A stretch of DNA of 56,778 nucleotides from a virus (taxonomy: Duplodnaviria; Caudoviricetes): positions 1 through 56,778 of the IMG/VR virus record IMGVR_UViG_3300028840_002119; one strand, given 5' to 3'. A program made the translations under genes and the position numbers. Below the pieces are notes generated by a model. It made no database searches. It had not been told where the DNA came from and worked only from the letters and a program-made list of their open reading frames with translations. Of the stretch, positions 23,959 through 34,005 are shown one piece after another; within the stretch, counting starts at the first letter, position 1, and the number at the start of each line of letters is the position of its first letter.

Positions 23959-26900
23959 AGCTCTGCTAGACCTCCTGGGGTACAAATGAGGGCCGCACGA
24001 TAGCAATAGACCATGCTGCCCGTGTCGCTCATAAGCGAAAGGCGATACATTCGTTCGTCAGGTGGCAGCGAAAATACTGCCGACCTCGCGAGGGATTCAG
24101 TTGTGCCAGTGACGGAAATCTCACTCTGACTGACCTCGCGCCATGTTCCGCTGTCGTCCCATTCCAGAATTGCATAGGCTGTGGTCGATGGCGTCGTGCC
24201 CTTCATGAGAGCTTCGAGCTGAAGCTTCCCCGATACGGGGCCACCCCATCCAAATTCCGTGTGATCGACGGCTGTGTAGGAGATAGCTGTCTCCGAAGCA
24301 CTCCCGTAAAAGATATGCCACGATCCGTGATTGGGGCCGATGTTTTCGGCGGGTGGTAATGCCGGATGGAGATCAACCAGCGGTAGCCCAAACTCATACA
24401 ACTGGCGCACTTTCTCGTAGGATAGCACGCCCTCGATGATTGCAAATTCGGCAAACGCGCCACCGAAGCGCGATCCCCCGCTATAACCAACACCGAGGTT
24501 AAATTGATCTAGGTTTGTGGGTGCGGAGTACGAAGCAGTGCTGCGCACATGCAACTCCCCATTCACATACACACGGAAGTCGTTAGCTGTATAGTCAAAA
24601 GTGGTCACAACGTGCAGCCAGTCACCAGCACGCCACGAGATAGGCCATGCATCGACAGAAAGACCGACGCCGTCGAAGTACAGATAAAATCTGTCAACTA
24701 GCCCGTTATAGTAGACCGCTCTCCGCTCGCTGGCTGAGTAATATGCTTCAAAAAGCCTGCCGTAATCGTTTTCTAGCGTAGCGTCGTGATCGTATGGTGT
24801 TTGCACCCACATGGCTATAGATACTTGCTCTTTGTCATTGAGTAGATGGGCATGGTCGTCAAGATTGACATCTGTTGCAGTGCGAACGGTATTACTGGCG
24901 TGAGGCGTGCTGGACCACGCATAACCCTCACCGGCATCGCCCCAAGCTACAGAAGTCGGCGCGGATGTCTTTTCGATCTGTATCCAATCGACGTCGATTA
25001 TTTGACCGTTAGAGACTGCATCGGGATTTATGATGAGACGCAGCACGTATGAACCTGTAGCGTTCACCGTTCCAGACAATGAGAAGGTCTGCCATTCAGG
25101 AGTAAGCACTACGCTTAGTGTGCCGCCGATGTTCTGTGCCCATTCACGATAAAAGGCGATGTCTGTTGTTAGCTCCTGGTCGGCGCGCACGCGCACCGAT
25201 GCAGACCACGCATCGCCGGACGTAAGTGAGATTGATGCTGTTGTGTAGTACAAAAACGAATCGTTACCACTTGTGTCCGCAGTAGAGCGCACAACGGTTT
25301 GATTTAGGGCCTCCTCTACGGCCCGTACCGTGACTGTGCCATACGGATCGGCCCATCCAGTGGTAGCGTTCCCGACCGGATTTGTGGCATAGTTAGTCGT
25401 GGTGCTCTCAATCAGGAGTGCCAGCGTCTTAGGCCATCGGCCCTGTACTTGATGGAAAGCCCCCGTTATGGTGGCCTTTTGCCCACGCTGCGATACCCAT
25501 CCAGAAGGATATTGACGTGACCCAGGTCCAAGCAGCAGCAGACCGTCATCCCCGAAGAACTCCACCGGCTCCTCGAATACCGCGTCCACCTCGTCCACTG
25601 GCAGTATAAAAGCTCCGGTATCTACCATCGGCAATCCGCTGTTGTATAGATAGGCGACTTCTTCAGCGTCCAGCTCCGCACCTATAACCGCATATTCAGC
25701 AATCGGGCCACCCCATGACCAAAAGTTGGGACTAGACCCAATAAACCAGCTACCAGTCGATGACGAAGGCGCAGAAACCGACCACGTCTCTTCGAGAAGC
25801 AGCTCGCCGTTCAAATACAGCCGGTAGACATTCGCTGAGAAGTCGTAAGTAGTGACGACGTGCAGCCAATCTCCGGCTGAAAATTCCACCGATGCGCCTG
25901 TGGAATTGCCGCCAACGTAAAGCACCAAAGTACCAGGACTACCCCTTGTGAAATACACGATACATCTAGTCGATGCTACGTTATAGTCCCATATTCGCGG
26001 ATTGTTGTTGTCAGGCCAATCAGAATCATTGTCATAGGGTGCTTGTATCCACATCGAAACCGAGAAGGCATCTTGCCCATACAGCAGCGGAACATAGTCG
26101 TTGATGTCTATGTAAGTGGCTACGCGAGAACTCGTACTATCGTGTGGCTCGCCGTTCCACGCGCACCACGCGAGATCACCATAACACAGGGTGGTGTGCG
26201 CGTCGTTGTCTTCTACTTGCACCCCGTCGAGGTGGGCATAAGCACTGCCAGTGATAGAAAGATTGTTAAAGTATAGCGTCGGGCGAATCAGCGTGTTTGT
26301 TCCAGAGTTGAATGGAACCACGATGCGCGCCCATTTATCGAAGGTCGTGATGGTGGTCTGCCCCAGGTTTGCCCAACTATCTCCAAACACCACAGCCAGT
26401 ATCGCAGTGCCGCCAGTCACGAACTCCGAAGGGATACGCACCCACATACTCGCGATATAATCGGTGCTGGCAGCGAAGCCGGTCAGATCGTAATAAACAC
26501 CGCCGCCAGATACCCCGTCCCACGTCCATTTGATCGACTGTTCCCCAAAACGCTTCTCAGCAGTGTCCAGCGAAATCGTGTCACCCCACGCGCTGGCATA
26601 GCCAGTCGTGCCGTTACCAGCTACAGGATTTTTCACTAAGTTTGTTGTAGCCGCCTCTGGATGTATAGCTAGGGTGTCGGGCCATTTACCTTGCACTTGT
26701 TGGAAGGCTCCCGTAATAGTCGCCACCTGATTGCGCTGCGATACCCAACGGTCTAGGGACTGCCTGCACCCTGGTCCAAACAAGAGCATCCCGTCTTCTG
26801 TTGTGAACGGCATGAAGTTGGCTTGTTCGAGTAGCGCATAGCGCAAGCCGGAAGGTACAATCGCCCTCTCAGTATCCGCACCCAGAGCGGTTTCTTCATT

Positions 26901-29276
26901 TGTGGCCAGTTCAATCACGCCTTGCGTTTCCGTGGTCGCCTGGCCATAGATCACGCCCCCACTGACAACCTGCGAGGCGCGTGAACCTGTGATGTAAGAA
27001 ATAGCCTCGATGCGACAACGGCCAGTTGCGCCAGTGTACGAGGAATTCGTTCGATAGGTGATTTTCACATAAGCGACATACTCAGGCGCGATCGCGGCGA
27101 AGTCGCCCAAATAGTACCCACGGAAGTCTTCAAGCTGCGCCCCTACCAATGTCGAGTGAACATCCTGCGGCTGAAGCATCAACACGCGGTATTTCTGGGA
27201 TTCCGTATCACTAGCCGCAGGAGCAAGGATCTGCCAAACGTTGAAGTAGTCGTTATTCGATGCCTCGACCTCTGAAAAAGCACCGCCTGTGTAAACGTTG
27301 ATCAACGGGAAGGTTGTACCTACACGATAGGGTACTGTGGCGGCTGTGTCGAAGGACGTGGCGCCAGAACCAGTGAAGTGCAGTGTCGTGTACGTGCCTT
27401 GAAGCCATGCCGGAATGACTGTGTGTAAATCCTCGTCATCGACCGTGGCCGCGTCGAACCCTGGCGTGTTGTCGGCTGTGGTCGGTGAGGATGGCTGTAT
27501 AGCATAAGTGCCACCAGTAGGAGCGCCACCGGATTCGCGATAAGTACCAATGACCTCGTGAAGCTCGTAATGAGACTGCCATTGCATCAGCCCGTGGCAC
27601 TCACGGAAACAGAAGTAGACACTATTCGCAGAATCATACTCGACATAGGCAAACTGCGCGTGCGAGAACGCCCATATCGTAGTGCTCCAAGTCGGGCCTG
27701 AACCTGAATCGGCCAAAAACCATTCATCGTCGGTGGCCGTGTGCGGGTCCGACGTCCAGGGCGATGCAAGTTCGTATTTGACGCCATCCACGTAATAGAC
27801 AATCGTGCCCGAGACGTGGGTCAAAGTCACTTCGCGTGTGGTGTAGTCGTAGCTAACAACGATATTGTCAGGGTCAGCAAAGCCACCAGGCTCTTGAGTG
27901 ATCGCGCCGATAGCTTCTGGTATCGTCGTCATCTCAAAGCGAGAATTGGCCGCAACCCAGGCAGGCACATCGCCATCTATCACAGTTGGCGCATAGACAT
28001 CGTGTAAGCAAGTCAGTCTAGACCGATACTGTATGTAAATGTAGATGATGCCTTCAGTAGCGTGCGAGTAGACCACAAACCCAAGTGGAACCCTGAAGTT
28101 AGGAGCATCTGGCTCCACGTTTGTCATCGCGCCCGCAGTCGTCGCGGAGAGGAACAAGGTATCGCCATCACTCCACGCGCTCGTATCGACGTCGCGCAAC
28201 ATCCCCAAAAGATTTACGTAGCCACTTTGATTGTTTGCCACATCCTCAGTAAGAACGCCAAGACGGAACGCAGTCGTTTCGCTATCTGCCTGCGCCAGCT
28301 TAAATTCAGGACGTTGACCTGACGCCCCTGAGTTGTAGACTACCTGCCCGTTGTAGCAGTCTGCGCCTTGATCGTTCTTCGCTCTGACGAGAATCTCCTG
28401 GCCGATTTGCAAGGCAACGTTGCCACCAGGCATACCCACTTCCAACGTGCCATCATCCGCGTTCCACTGCACGCGGCCTTCTTCAATAGCTCCAGTGTAG
28501 GATAGCGAAAATTGGATGAAGTCATAGATGTACCCAGGGTTTTGCAACATAAACCGTAAGTCTACGATGTCTTCCATCCACGAGATTCCGGCCCCAAAAG
28601 TCAGCTTCGCCGCGCCGATCGCGTATGTGCCAGATGGCGGCTCGTTCAAAGCTGTGAACGTGGTCGCGCCGTCATCGACGACGCCAGCGGCCCCATCACC
28701 ATCCAGATAGATCAGCACCCACTTATGGCCACTGGTGGGGTAGTAAGTGGAAAGATCGAGGTCAATCGACGATACTAGCCAACGATATGCACCTTCAGCG
28801 TAGTACGCGCCAGCCTGGATGATGACGTGCTGCGCCGTCTCGCTGGGTTGCATCCGCAAGGGGAAGATTTGAAAGGTATGCAGCCATTGAAGCTGATCGT
28901 CGGCTTGCTCAGACCATGAGTGCGTCAAGGCGTGTGTTTCGAGTGCGCCAGAAGTCGGCGGCGGCGTGTTGCCTGCGGCGTTCCCGTAGTCCAGCGCCAT
29001 CGCGTCCACATCGACGACAAAGCGTTCGCGGGTGAGCGGGTCTTCCTCTATGATGACCGGAAGGTTGTAGTAAAGCCGCAAGCCACCCTTGACCGGAAAA
29101 GAACCCACGGCGTAGCTGCCACTGCCGGCTTGCCGCATCCGCACGTAGACTTCTCCATCACGCACGCTCTCGATGTTGCCGCTATGGTCGCCTAACAGTC
29201 CATCCCAACGGTTTCCCTTTGGTCGCAACTCACCGATGATCGAACTCAGCAGCCTCGCGTTCTTTTGGTTTGTCAT
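23955..29276 (-). CDS. Tail fibre / receptor-binding protein with two CBM-like plus LamG modules
   Basis: Fibre repeat ATTETQGVIELATNEE; GDWLHVVTT.D...YLNGEL LamG motif twice; TTN...NP CBM-like starts. Confidence 0.8.
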   Translation of the reverse strand: MTNQKNARLLSSIIGELRPKGNRWDGLLGDHSGNIESVRDGEVYVRMRQAGSGSYAVGSFPVKGGLRLYYNLPVIIEEDPLTRERFVVDVDAMALDYGNAAGNTPPPTSGALETHALTHSWSEQADDQLQWLHTFQIFPLRMQPSETAQHVIIQAGAYYAEGAYRWLVSSIDLDLSTYYPTSGHKWVLIYLDGDGAAGVVDDGATTFTALNEPPSGTYAIGAAKLTFGAGISWMEDIVDLRFMLQNPGYIYDFIQFSLSYTGAIEEGRVQWNADDGTLEVGMPGGNVALQIGQEILVRAKNDQGADCYNGQVVYNSGASGQRPEFKLAQADSETTAFRLGVLTEDVANNQSGYVNLLGMLRDVDTSAWSDGDTLFLSATTAGAMTNVEPDAPNFRVPLGFVVYSHATEGIIYIYIQYRSRLTCLHDVYAPTVIDGDVPAWVAANSRFEMTTIPEAIGAITQEPGGFADPDNIVVSYDYTTREVTLTHVSGTIVYYVDGVKYELASPWTSDPHTATDDEWFLADSGSGPTWSTTIWAFSHAQFAYVEYDSANSVYFCFRECHGLMQWQSHYELHEVIGTYRESGGAPTGGTYAIQPSSPTTADNTPGFDAATVDDEDLHTVIPAWLQGTYTTLHFTGSGATSFDTAATVPYRVGTTFPLINVYTGGAFSEVEASNNDYFNVWQILAPAASDTESQKYRVLMLQPQDVHSTLVGAQLEDFRGYYLGDFAAIAPEYVAYVKITYRTNSSYTGATGRCRIEAISYITGSRASQVVSGGVIYGQATTETQGVIELATNEETALGADTERAIVPSGLRYALLEQANFMPFTTEDGMLLFGPGCRQSLDRWVSQRNQVATITGAFQQVQGKWPDTLAIHPEAATTNLVKNPVAGNGTTGYASAWGDTISLDTAEKRFGEQSIKWTWDGVSGGGVYYDLTGFAASTDYIASMWVRIPSEFVTGGTAILAVVFGDSWANLGQTTITTFDKWARIVVPFNSGTNTLIRPTLYFNNLSITGSAYAHLDGVQVEDNDAHTTLCYGDLAWCAWNGEPHDSTSSRVATYIDINDYVPLLYGQDAFSVSMWIQAPYDNDSDWPDNNNPRIWDYNVASTRCIVYFTRGSPGTLVLYVGGNSTGASVEFSAGDWLHVVTTYDFSANVYRLYLNGELLLEETWSVSAPSSSTGSWFIGSSPNFWSWGGPIAEYAVIGAELDAEEVAYLYNSGLPMVDTGAFILPVDEVDAVFEEPVEFFGDDGLLLLGPGSRQYPSGWVSQRGQKATITGAFHQVQGRWPKTLALLIESTTTNYATNPVGNATTGWADPYGTVTVRAVEEALNQTVVRSTADTSGNDSFLYYTTASISLTSGDAWSASVRVRADQELTTDIAFYREWAQNIGGTLSVVLTPEWQTFSLSGTVNATGSYVLRLIINPDAVSNGQIIDVDWIQIEKTSAPTSVAWGDAGEGYAWSSTPHASNTVRTATDVNLDDHAHLLNDKEQVSIAMWVQTPYDHDATLENDYGRLFEAYYSASERRAVYYNGLVDRFYLYFDGVGLSVDAWPISWRAGDWLHVVTTFDYTANDFRVYVNGELHVRSTASYSAPTNLDQFNLGVGYSGGSRFGGAFAEFAIIEGVLSYEKVRQLYEFGLPLVDLHPALPPAENIGPNHGSWHIFYGSASETAISYTAVDHTEFGWGGPVSGKLQLEALMKGTTPSTTAYAILEWDDSGTWREVSQSEISVTGTTESLARSAVFSLPPDERMYRLSLMSDTGSMVYCYRAALICTPGGLAEL

Positions 29277-32101
29277 TAGAACCTCACAGCCAACCCGCGC
29301 ATTTCTCCGCAGGTGTTAGGGATGCTGTCAGTGTACGGCGATGTGCCAGGGTTTGGCCCTGCGCGTGGGTACATCGTTCCATACTCGCCATCCATGATGT
29401 ACACGACGTGTGGGTATGTAGTGTTAGGATTGTACTGGCCGAGGAAGATCATATCGAACTGACCAGCTACGGGCGTGTGAATCTTCCGTATCGTTGGAGC
29501 AATCGTCGCGGGACTTGAGTTTACCAGGGTCGCCCACTCGTCTTCGGTGCTGTAGATTTTGGAGTTATCGAGCAGCCTTTGACGTTGTGGGTCTACGGTA
29601 TCCTCAACGAAGATATGAAAGTTCCCAATCCCCAAGTTCAGCGAATCGAACAAGATTGTCCAGCTCAAGTCGGCCTTGCTGATCTGGGCGAGGTCTGGTC
29701 CGCCGATACCACCAGGCATAGTTGAACCACCAGAGTACAGATAGTTTGTTCTGATATGCACGTAAGGCATCCAAGATGAACCACCCATGCTATCAGTGCG
29801 GTCAAACGACGCCCATCCATCCGTAGAGTAGTAGACACGGCCAGCAGCACCATAAGCCTTACCGAAGGCGACTTCGTTGCCGCGCTGACGTCCTGACCAT
29901 ACAAGCCCGTAGGTCCAGGCTAGTGTGTCAATCGTCGCCGCAACGTTCCACGTCGCGCCTTGATCGTCAGTGTAGCAAGGATAGACGTTATCGCCCAGCG
30001 TCAAGGTAGGCGAAACCAGCGCCCACAGCCTGCCGTTTGACACGTCATAGGTGATGTCCCAGATACGACAGGCTACTCCCTCACCGACCAACGTCGCGGC
30101 AGTCAGGTTTGTGAGTACCAGATTCCACTCGTTGTCCGCAACAGCGTCGGCTCGCGTGTAGACGTCATACGTATCAGGGTTAGGCACTGTGTCCACAATC
30201 AAGATTGCCTGCCGCACCGATGACGCGGGATCTGCCTCGAAGCGTTTGACTGTAGTGCCAGATGTTGGGAAAGTCGGCAATCCAACATTGTCCGCGATCC
30301 AAGTCGGCTGAGTGACCTGCAACGGGTCTGTGAAGTCATCGGACCGATAGACGCCTAAATCCTCAGTCGCTACCCATACGCCTGTAGGCCATCCGAGATC
30401 GGGCAACGGCGGCCACGGCGGGACGATCGGCGGAGTAACTGGCGGCGGGATGACGATCTCAGGTGGCGGCGGCTCGTCAACAGTCGTTACATCTACCCCG
30501 TATCTGCGTCCGGACACATCCACGGTCCAGCGCAGGGCTTCAGCATCGTGAGACAACCGTACTGATTCTGGCGCAATGTCGTAGGAGTTGGGGAGAACAA
30601 TGCGCCGCACCGTCCACGGATCGACATCGACGAAGGTCTTTACATCGTAAGTCCGCACTTGCGACAAAGCCAGATGCCGCGCTGCCCAACCGCGTAGTTC
30701 TGTAGAGTTCAACGGTGCCAGTCCGCTGACTTCACCAGGTCGGCCCAAGTCTTCGGGATGACTTGGCGCACGCACGATCAGCGGCTCATAGCCCCCACCT
30801 GCTGGATAAAGGCCCATCACCCGCGCCTCACTTATCCAGTTCATGGGGTCTGACCATGAGATTTTCCCGCGCACATCCGTAGCGGCAAGGGTCAGGGTAG
30901 TCATAGAACCAAACAACCCGCTATACAGCGGTTGCGTGATGATATTGACGCCACCGGAGCGTGAAGGACGTGGCTCCCAGAAAGCATCGTCACACGCGGT
31001 TTTCAACTGCTGCGCCAGTGTACCAGCAGTGAATTCGATATTTTGGATAGTCCGCGCCGTAGGCTCAAGCAGCACGTTCGCCAATTCGTGAATATTGCTA
31101 TGCCACCTCATTAGATGCCACACGGCCCGCTGCAAGGTGAGATCATAGACCTCTTGCCATTCGTCGGCCACACCTACGCCCACACTGTTCAGCAGGAAGG
31201 CATACGAATAGACGTTCGCGATGTAGGAGAGTAGGGAAAGTGCGGTCATACTGACGCGCTCGCCGTCGATGTCGTATTCTACGCTGAGAGGGTGCAGCCA
31301 TCCGTAGAAATACACCTCGTCGGTTTCGAGATCGACCAGCGCCAGCGGCGTCCTGGCGATGAAGTTTATGTCAGCAGCCGCGCCACCCATCGAAAGGGAG
31401 ATGTTAGCCGTCCACCCATCTCCGGCCCGCCAGGATAGACTTGCCTCCGCAACCGGCTCTGCCGTCGCCCCTATCCAGCATGGGACGTAGCGCGTACTAC
31501 TGCCGCCATAGTTGTCGGTCACAGTGATGGATAGATACCGGAAACCAGAAGTCGAGTAGGATACCGAGACGCTTGCGCCACTTCCGGTGATGACGCCTCC
31601 TGTGCCTGCGTCCCAAGTGTATGTTGAGAGTGAAGCGCCTACCGCCATTTCCTCAGAAGACACCGCCGAGATCGGAACGCTCTCGCCAACAGCCGCGATA
31701 ATGATGTCAGGATAGACGACTGCGCGCGGGGGCATTGATAGGTACTGCCCTGGCCATGCTATGTCGTAATCCATGTAAACCACGCCCGTCGTGGTCGCTC
31801 TCTGGTAGTAGGGGAAAGGAAGACGCGCCGCGAAGACTTGAACAGGGTCGCCTATTGAAATTTCCTGCGGATTCTCAGATAGCTGAAACGTGCTTGTACC
31901 CACCGTGATCGTCTTGATGCGGATGTACTTGTCTGAGTCCACCATGTTGACGGCGTGCCCTGGCTCAAGATCGTTCAACGTGCCAGTGACAGTTGACACA
32001 ACCATCTCGAAGGTTGTGTCATTGTAGCTCGATACCGTTCCCGTCCAGATAGCCGTTGTCGGTGCCAGCAGTAGCCCGATGCGTGATTGCAGGATGGCCA
32101 T
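29276..32101 (-). CDS. Minor tail/baseplate protein (PKD-like and beta-propeller-like segments)
   Basis: TYTWDAG...VTDNYG PKD-like motif; Asp-box-like YTDDQGATW and STDGWASF. Confidence 0.7.
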   Translation of the reverse strand: MAILQSRIGLLLAPTTAIWTGTVSSYNDTTFEMVVSTVTGTLNDLEPGHAVNMVDSDKYIRIKTITVGTSTFQLSENPQEISIGDPVQVFAARLPFPYYQRATTTGVVYMDYDIAWPGQYLSMPPRAVVYPDIIIAAVGESVPISAVSSEEMAVGASLSTYTWDAGTGGVITGSGASVSVSYSTSGFRYLSITVTDNYGGSSTRYVPCWIGATAEPVAEASLSWRAGDGWTANISLSMGGAAADINFIARTPLALVDLETDEVYFYGWLHPLSVEYDIDGERVSMTALSLLSYIANVYSYAFLLNSVGVGVADEWQEVYDLTLQRAVWHLMRWHSNIHELANVLLEPTARTIQNIEFTAGTLAQQLKTACDDAFWEPRPSRSGGVNIITQPLYSGLFGSMTTLTLAATDVRGKISWSDPMNWISEARVMGLYPAGGGYEPLIVRAPSHPEDLGRPGEVSGLAPLNSTELRGWAARHLALSQVRTYDVKTFVDVDPWTVRRIVLPNSYDIAPESVRLSHDAEALRWTVDVSGRRYGVDVTTVDEPPPPEIVIPPPVTPPIVPPWPPLPDLGWPTGVWVATEDLGVYRSDDFTDPLQVTQPTWIADNVGLPTFPTSGTTVKRFEADPASSVRQAILIVDTVPNPDTYDVYTRADAVADNEWNLVLTNLTAATLVGEGVACRIWDITYDVSNGRLWALVSPTLTLGDNVYPCYTDDQGATWNVAATIDTLAWTYGLVWSGRQRGNEVAFGKAYGAAGRVYYSTDGWASFDRTDSMGGSSWMPYVHIRTNYLYSGGSTMPGGIGGPDLAQISKADLSWTILFDSLNLGIGNFHIFVEDTVDPQRQRLLDNSKIYSTEDEWATLVNSSPATIAPTIRKIHTPVAGQFDMIFLGQYNPNTTYPHVVYIMDGEYGTMYPRAGPNPGTSPYTDSIPNTCGEMRGLAVRF

Positions 32102-32104
32102 GCC

Positions 32105-32419
32105 TTACCCTTTACCGGAGCTCGTGTCGATGGTCGGCGTTACGGTCGGCGTTGTCGATGGCGTCAACGTGGGCGTATCCGTTGGGTGCGGCGTTGGCGT
32201 TGTCGATGGCGTCACGGTTAGGGTACTGGTCGGCGTTGGGCTACTGGTCGGCGTTGGGCTACTGGTCGCGGTCGGCGTCAGTGTGAACGTGGGAGTTGGC
32301 GGCGATACTGTCACCGTGGGATCTGCATCGCCGGACCTGGTACATAGGCCGATTGCTGTCAGCATTGCCAGCAACAGAATGACAAGTATTACCCTGGAAA
32401 TAATTTTAGATCGTAGCAT
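32105..32419 (-). CDS. Exported Thr/Pro-rich protein
   Basis: Signal/lipobox-like IGLC followed by PTPT repeats. Confidence 0.65.
   Translation of the reverse strand: MLRSKIISRVILVILLLAMLTAIGLCTRSGDADPTVTVSPPTPTFTLTPTATSSPTPTSSPTPTSTLTVTPSTTPTPHPTDTPTLTPSTTPTVTPTIDTSSGKG
32387..32402. promoter_or_regulatory. Degenerate Noc/parS-like site
   Basis: TATTACCCTGGAAATA, within a CDS. Confidence 0.4.
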
Positions 32420-33174
32420 TAAACACCGCCTATGGTTCGCATCGCCGCAGACACAGCCTGGATTTGCGCATTAGTGATGTTGTTGTTTCCCCAAAAGAAC
32501 GAGTGCATCTTGCTACCAGAAGGAAGATGCACACTGGCGACACCGCTATTGATAGCCATCAACATCATGGTTTGAGATGGACTGTCAGAACCATTCGTGA
32601 TGGATGTTTGCAGGATTGCATTGAACCAAAAGTCTCCGTAGGCCCATCCAATCACGCCCTCAGCACCATAGACCACCTCATCTGACGGCGGCAAAAAGTC
32701 ACTATTGCAAATTGCATTTAGAGAGAAGTCTGAATCTAACTCACAAACACTAATGCCACCGACCGTACCAGCACCGAAGACCGTACCCGCGCCTGTTGCT
32801 GAGTAAGAAGCCAACAACACATCTCGCGGGTCAGTGTGTCGCAAGCCTGTATCAACGTATGCTGATCCATTCGTCACCCAACCCTCAGCATCTACGGTCA
32901 GACCAGCGCCAGCCGTTCCATCATTCGTGCCTGGGTCATTGAGATTGACCAGAGACGCAGACAGATCGGCAATAGCGCGTTCCCAATCCGTACCTTCTGC
33001 AGAACCAGGCTGATAAGCAATCCGCACATCTGCTGGGTCAATAGGATCGACAGAATCATAGGGCGCAGGCCACGGACCTAGCCACCAGTCAACATCCGCT
33101 GCCAAACCAGCGCGATACTGATACCAACGCCTTACCACCTGCGGCCATAGTCGAATAGGGAGTATCTTCCTCAC
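32419..33174 (-). CDS. Minor tail protein (concanavalin-like pattern)
   Basis: NGSAYVDTG...NITNAQIQAV; position in the tail module. Confidence 0.6.
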   Translation of the reverse strand: MRKILPIRLWPQVVRRWYQYRAGLAADVDWWLGPWPAPYDSVDPIDPADVRIAYQPGSAEGTDWERAIADLSASLVNLNDPGTNDGTAGAGLTVDAEGWVTNGSAYVDTGLRHTDPRDVLLASYSATGAGTVFGAGTVGGISVCELDSDFSLNAICNSDFLPPSDEVVYGAEGVIGWAYGDFWFNAILQTSITNGSDSPSQTMMLMAINSGVASVHLPSGSKMHSFFWGNNNITNAQIQAVSAAMRTIGGV

Positions 33175-33560
33175 GGTATCACCTCCAACAGAGTGAAGTT
33201 AAGCACGACGTCCTTGTACGTCTCGCCCCACCGATCTAGGGTTTCTGGGTCGGGCAAGCGCATCATGGCCCTGTACGTCTGGTAGTTATCCCACTCGTCG
33301 CGTGTTTCGATGTAGACTTCGTGAGAATACTCGCCAGTTGTCAGCGTGAGAAGGGTCTGCACCAGCGCCTTGTACTGATCGAGGGTCAGTGCCGCGAAAA
33401 TCCACGCACTACGCGGATACCCCACCGGACGCCTACCTCCGGCGTGATCGTCTTCAAGCTCCTGTACGTAGGAAGATCGAGGGTAGTACCCGAGACGTTC
33501 TTTCGCGTCTTCCATCGTCCCAGACGTTGGGCCTATTTGATAGGGCATAGGAACCTCCAT
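33171..33560 (-). CDS. Distal tail-like protein
   Basis: Size and position after the tape measure gene. Confidence 0.55.
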   Translation of the reverse strand: MEVPMPYQIGPTSGTMEDAKERLGYYPRSSYVQELEDDHAGGRRPVGYPRSAWIFAALTLDQYKALVQTLLTLTTGEYSHEVYIETRDEWDNYQTYRAMMRLPDPETLDRWGETYKDVVLNFTLLEVIP

Positions 33561-33639
33561 GTAGAAGACGCGGCTGGCAAGGTCACGCCACCCGCCAGCC
33601 TCGCGCCTTCTACGCTAAGAAGGAAGAGACAAACGGCCA

Positions 33640-33933
33640 TCAACGCGAGAACTGATAGTTGATCGTGCCGCCTGCCGCAACACCGATGATGGACAACTGC
33701 ACGCCTTCAGCGACGTCGATGATCTTCGTTTCGTCAGCCGCAGGGAAAACAAGTCCCTTCGTAGTTGTGGCGGCTGTGCCGTCGAAGGTGATACGAACGT
33801 TCTGGGCAGCTACGGACATAAACAGCCGCTTTGCTTTGGCTGGCACTGTGACGGAGTGTGCTGTATCTACTCCCTGCGGACCTACGTGCGCCCCAACGGG
33901 CGAGATCGGCAAATCTTGGGTTACGTTGAACAT
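33640..33933 (-). CDS. Small beta-rich virion protein
   Basis: AGGAGG SD; VRITFDGTAATTTKG. Confidence 0.65.
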   Translation of the reverse strand: MFNVTQDLPISPVGAHVGPQGVDTAHSVTVPAKAKRLFMSVAAQNVRITFDGTAATTTKGLVFPAADETKIIDVAEGVQLSIIGVAAGGTINYQFSR

Positions 33934-34005
33934 TCTCGAAGCCTCCTAACCTAAGTGAGTAATTCGTGCATCTAAATGATACACCAAAAACGATATCCAA
34001 ATACC

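Noticed and set aside
23955-29276. Diversity-generating retroelement acting on the tail fibre
   Set aside because: No reverse transcriptase, and the duplicated modules do not differ specifically at adenines.
32130-32320. Tandem GGCGTTGG-type repeats
   Set aside because: Explained by Thr/Pro low-complexity coding.
33561-33613. Long intergenic hairpin (also 3533-3560 and 12895-12950) as further ribozymes
   Set aside because: No hammerhead core or other ribozyme core that I could recognise; likely stabilising or RNase III hairpins.
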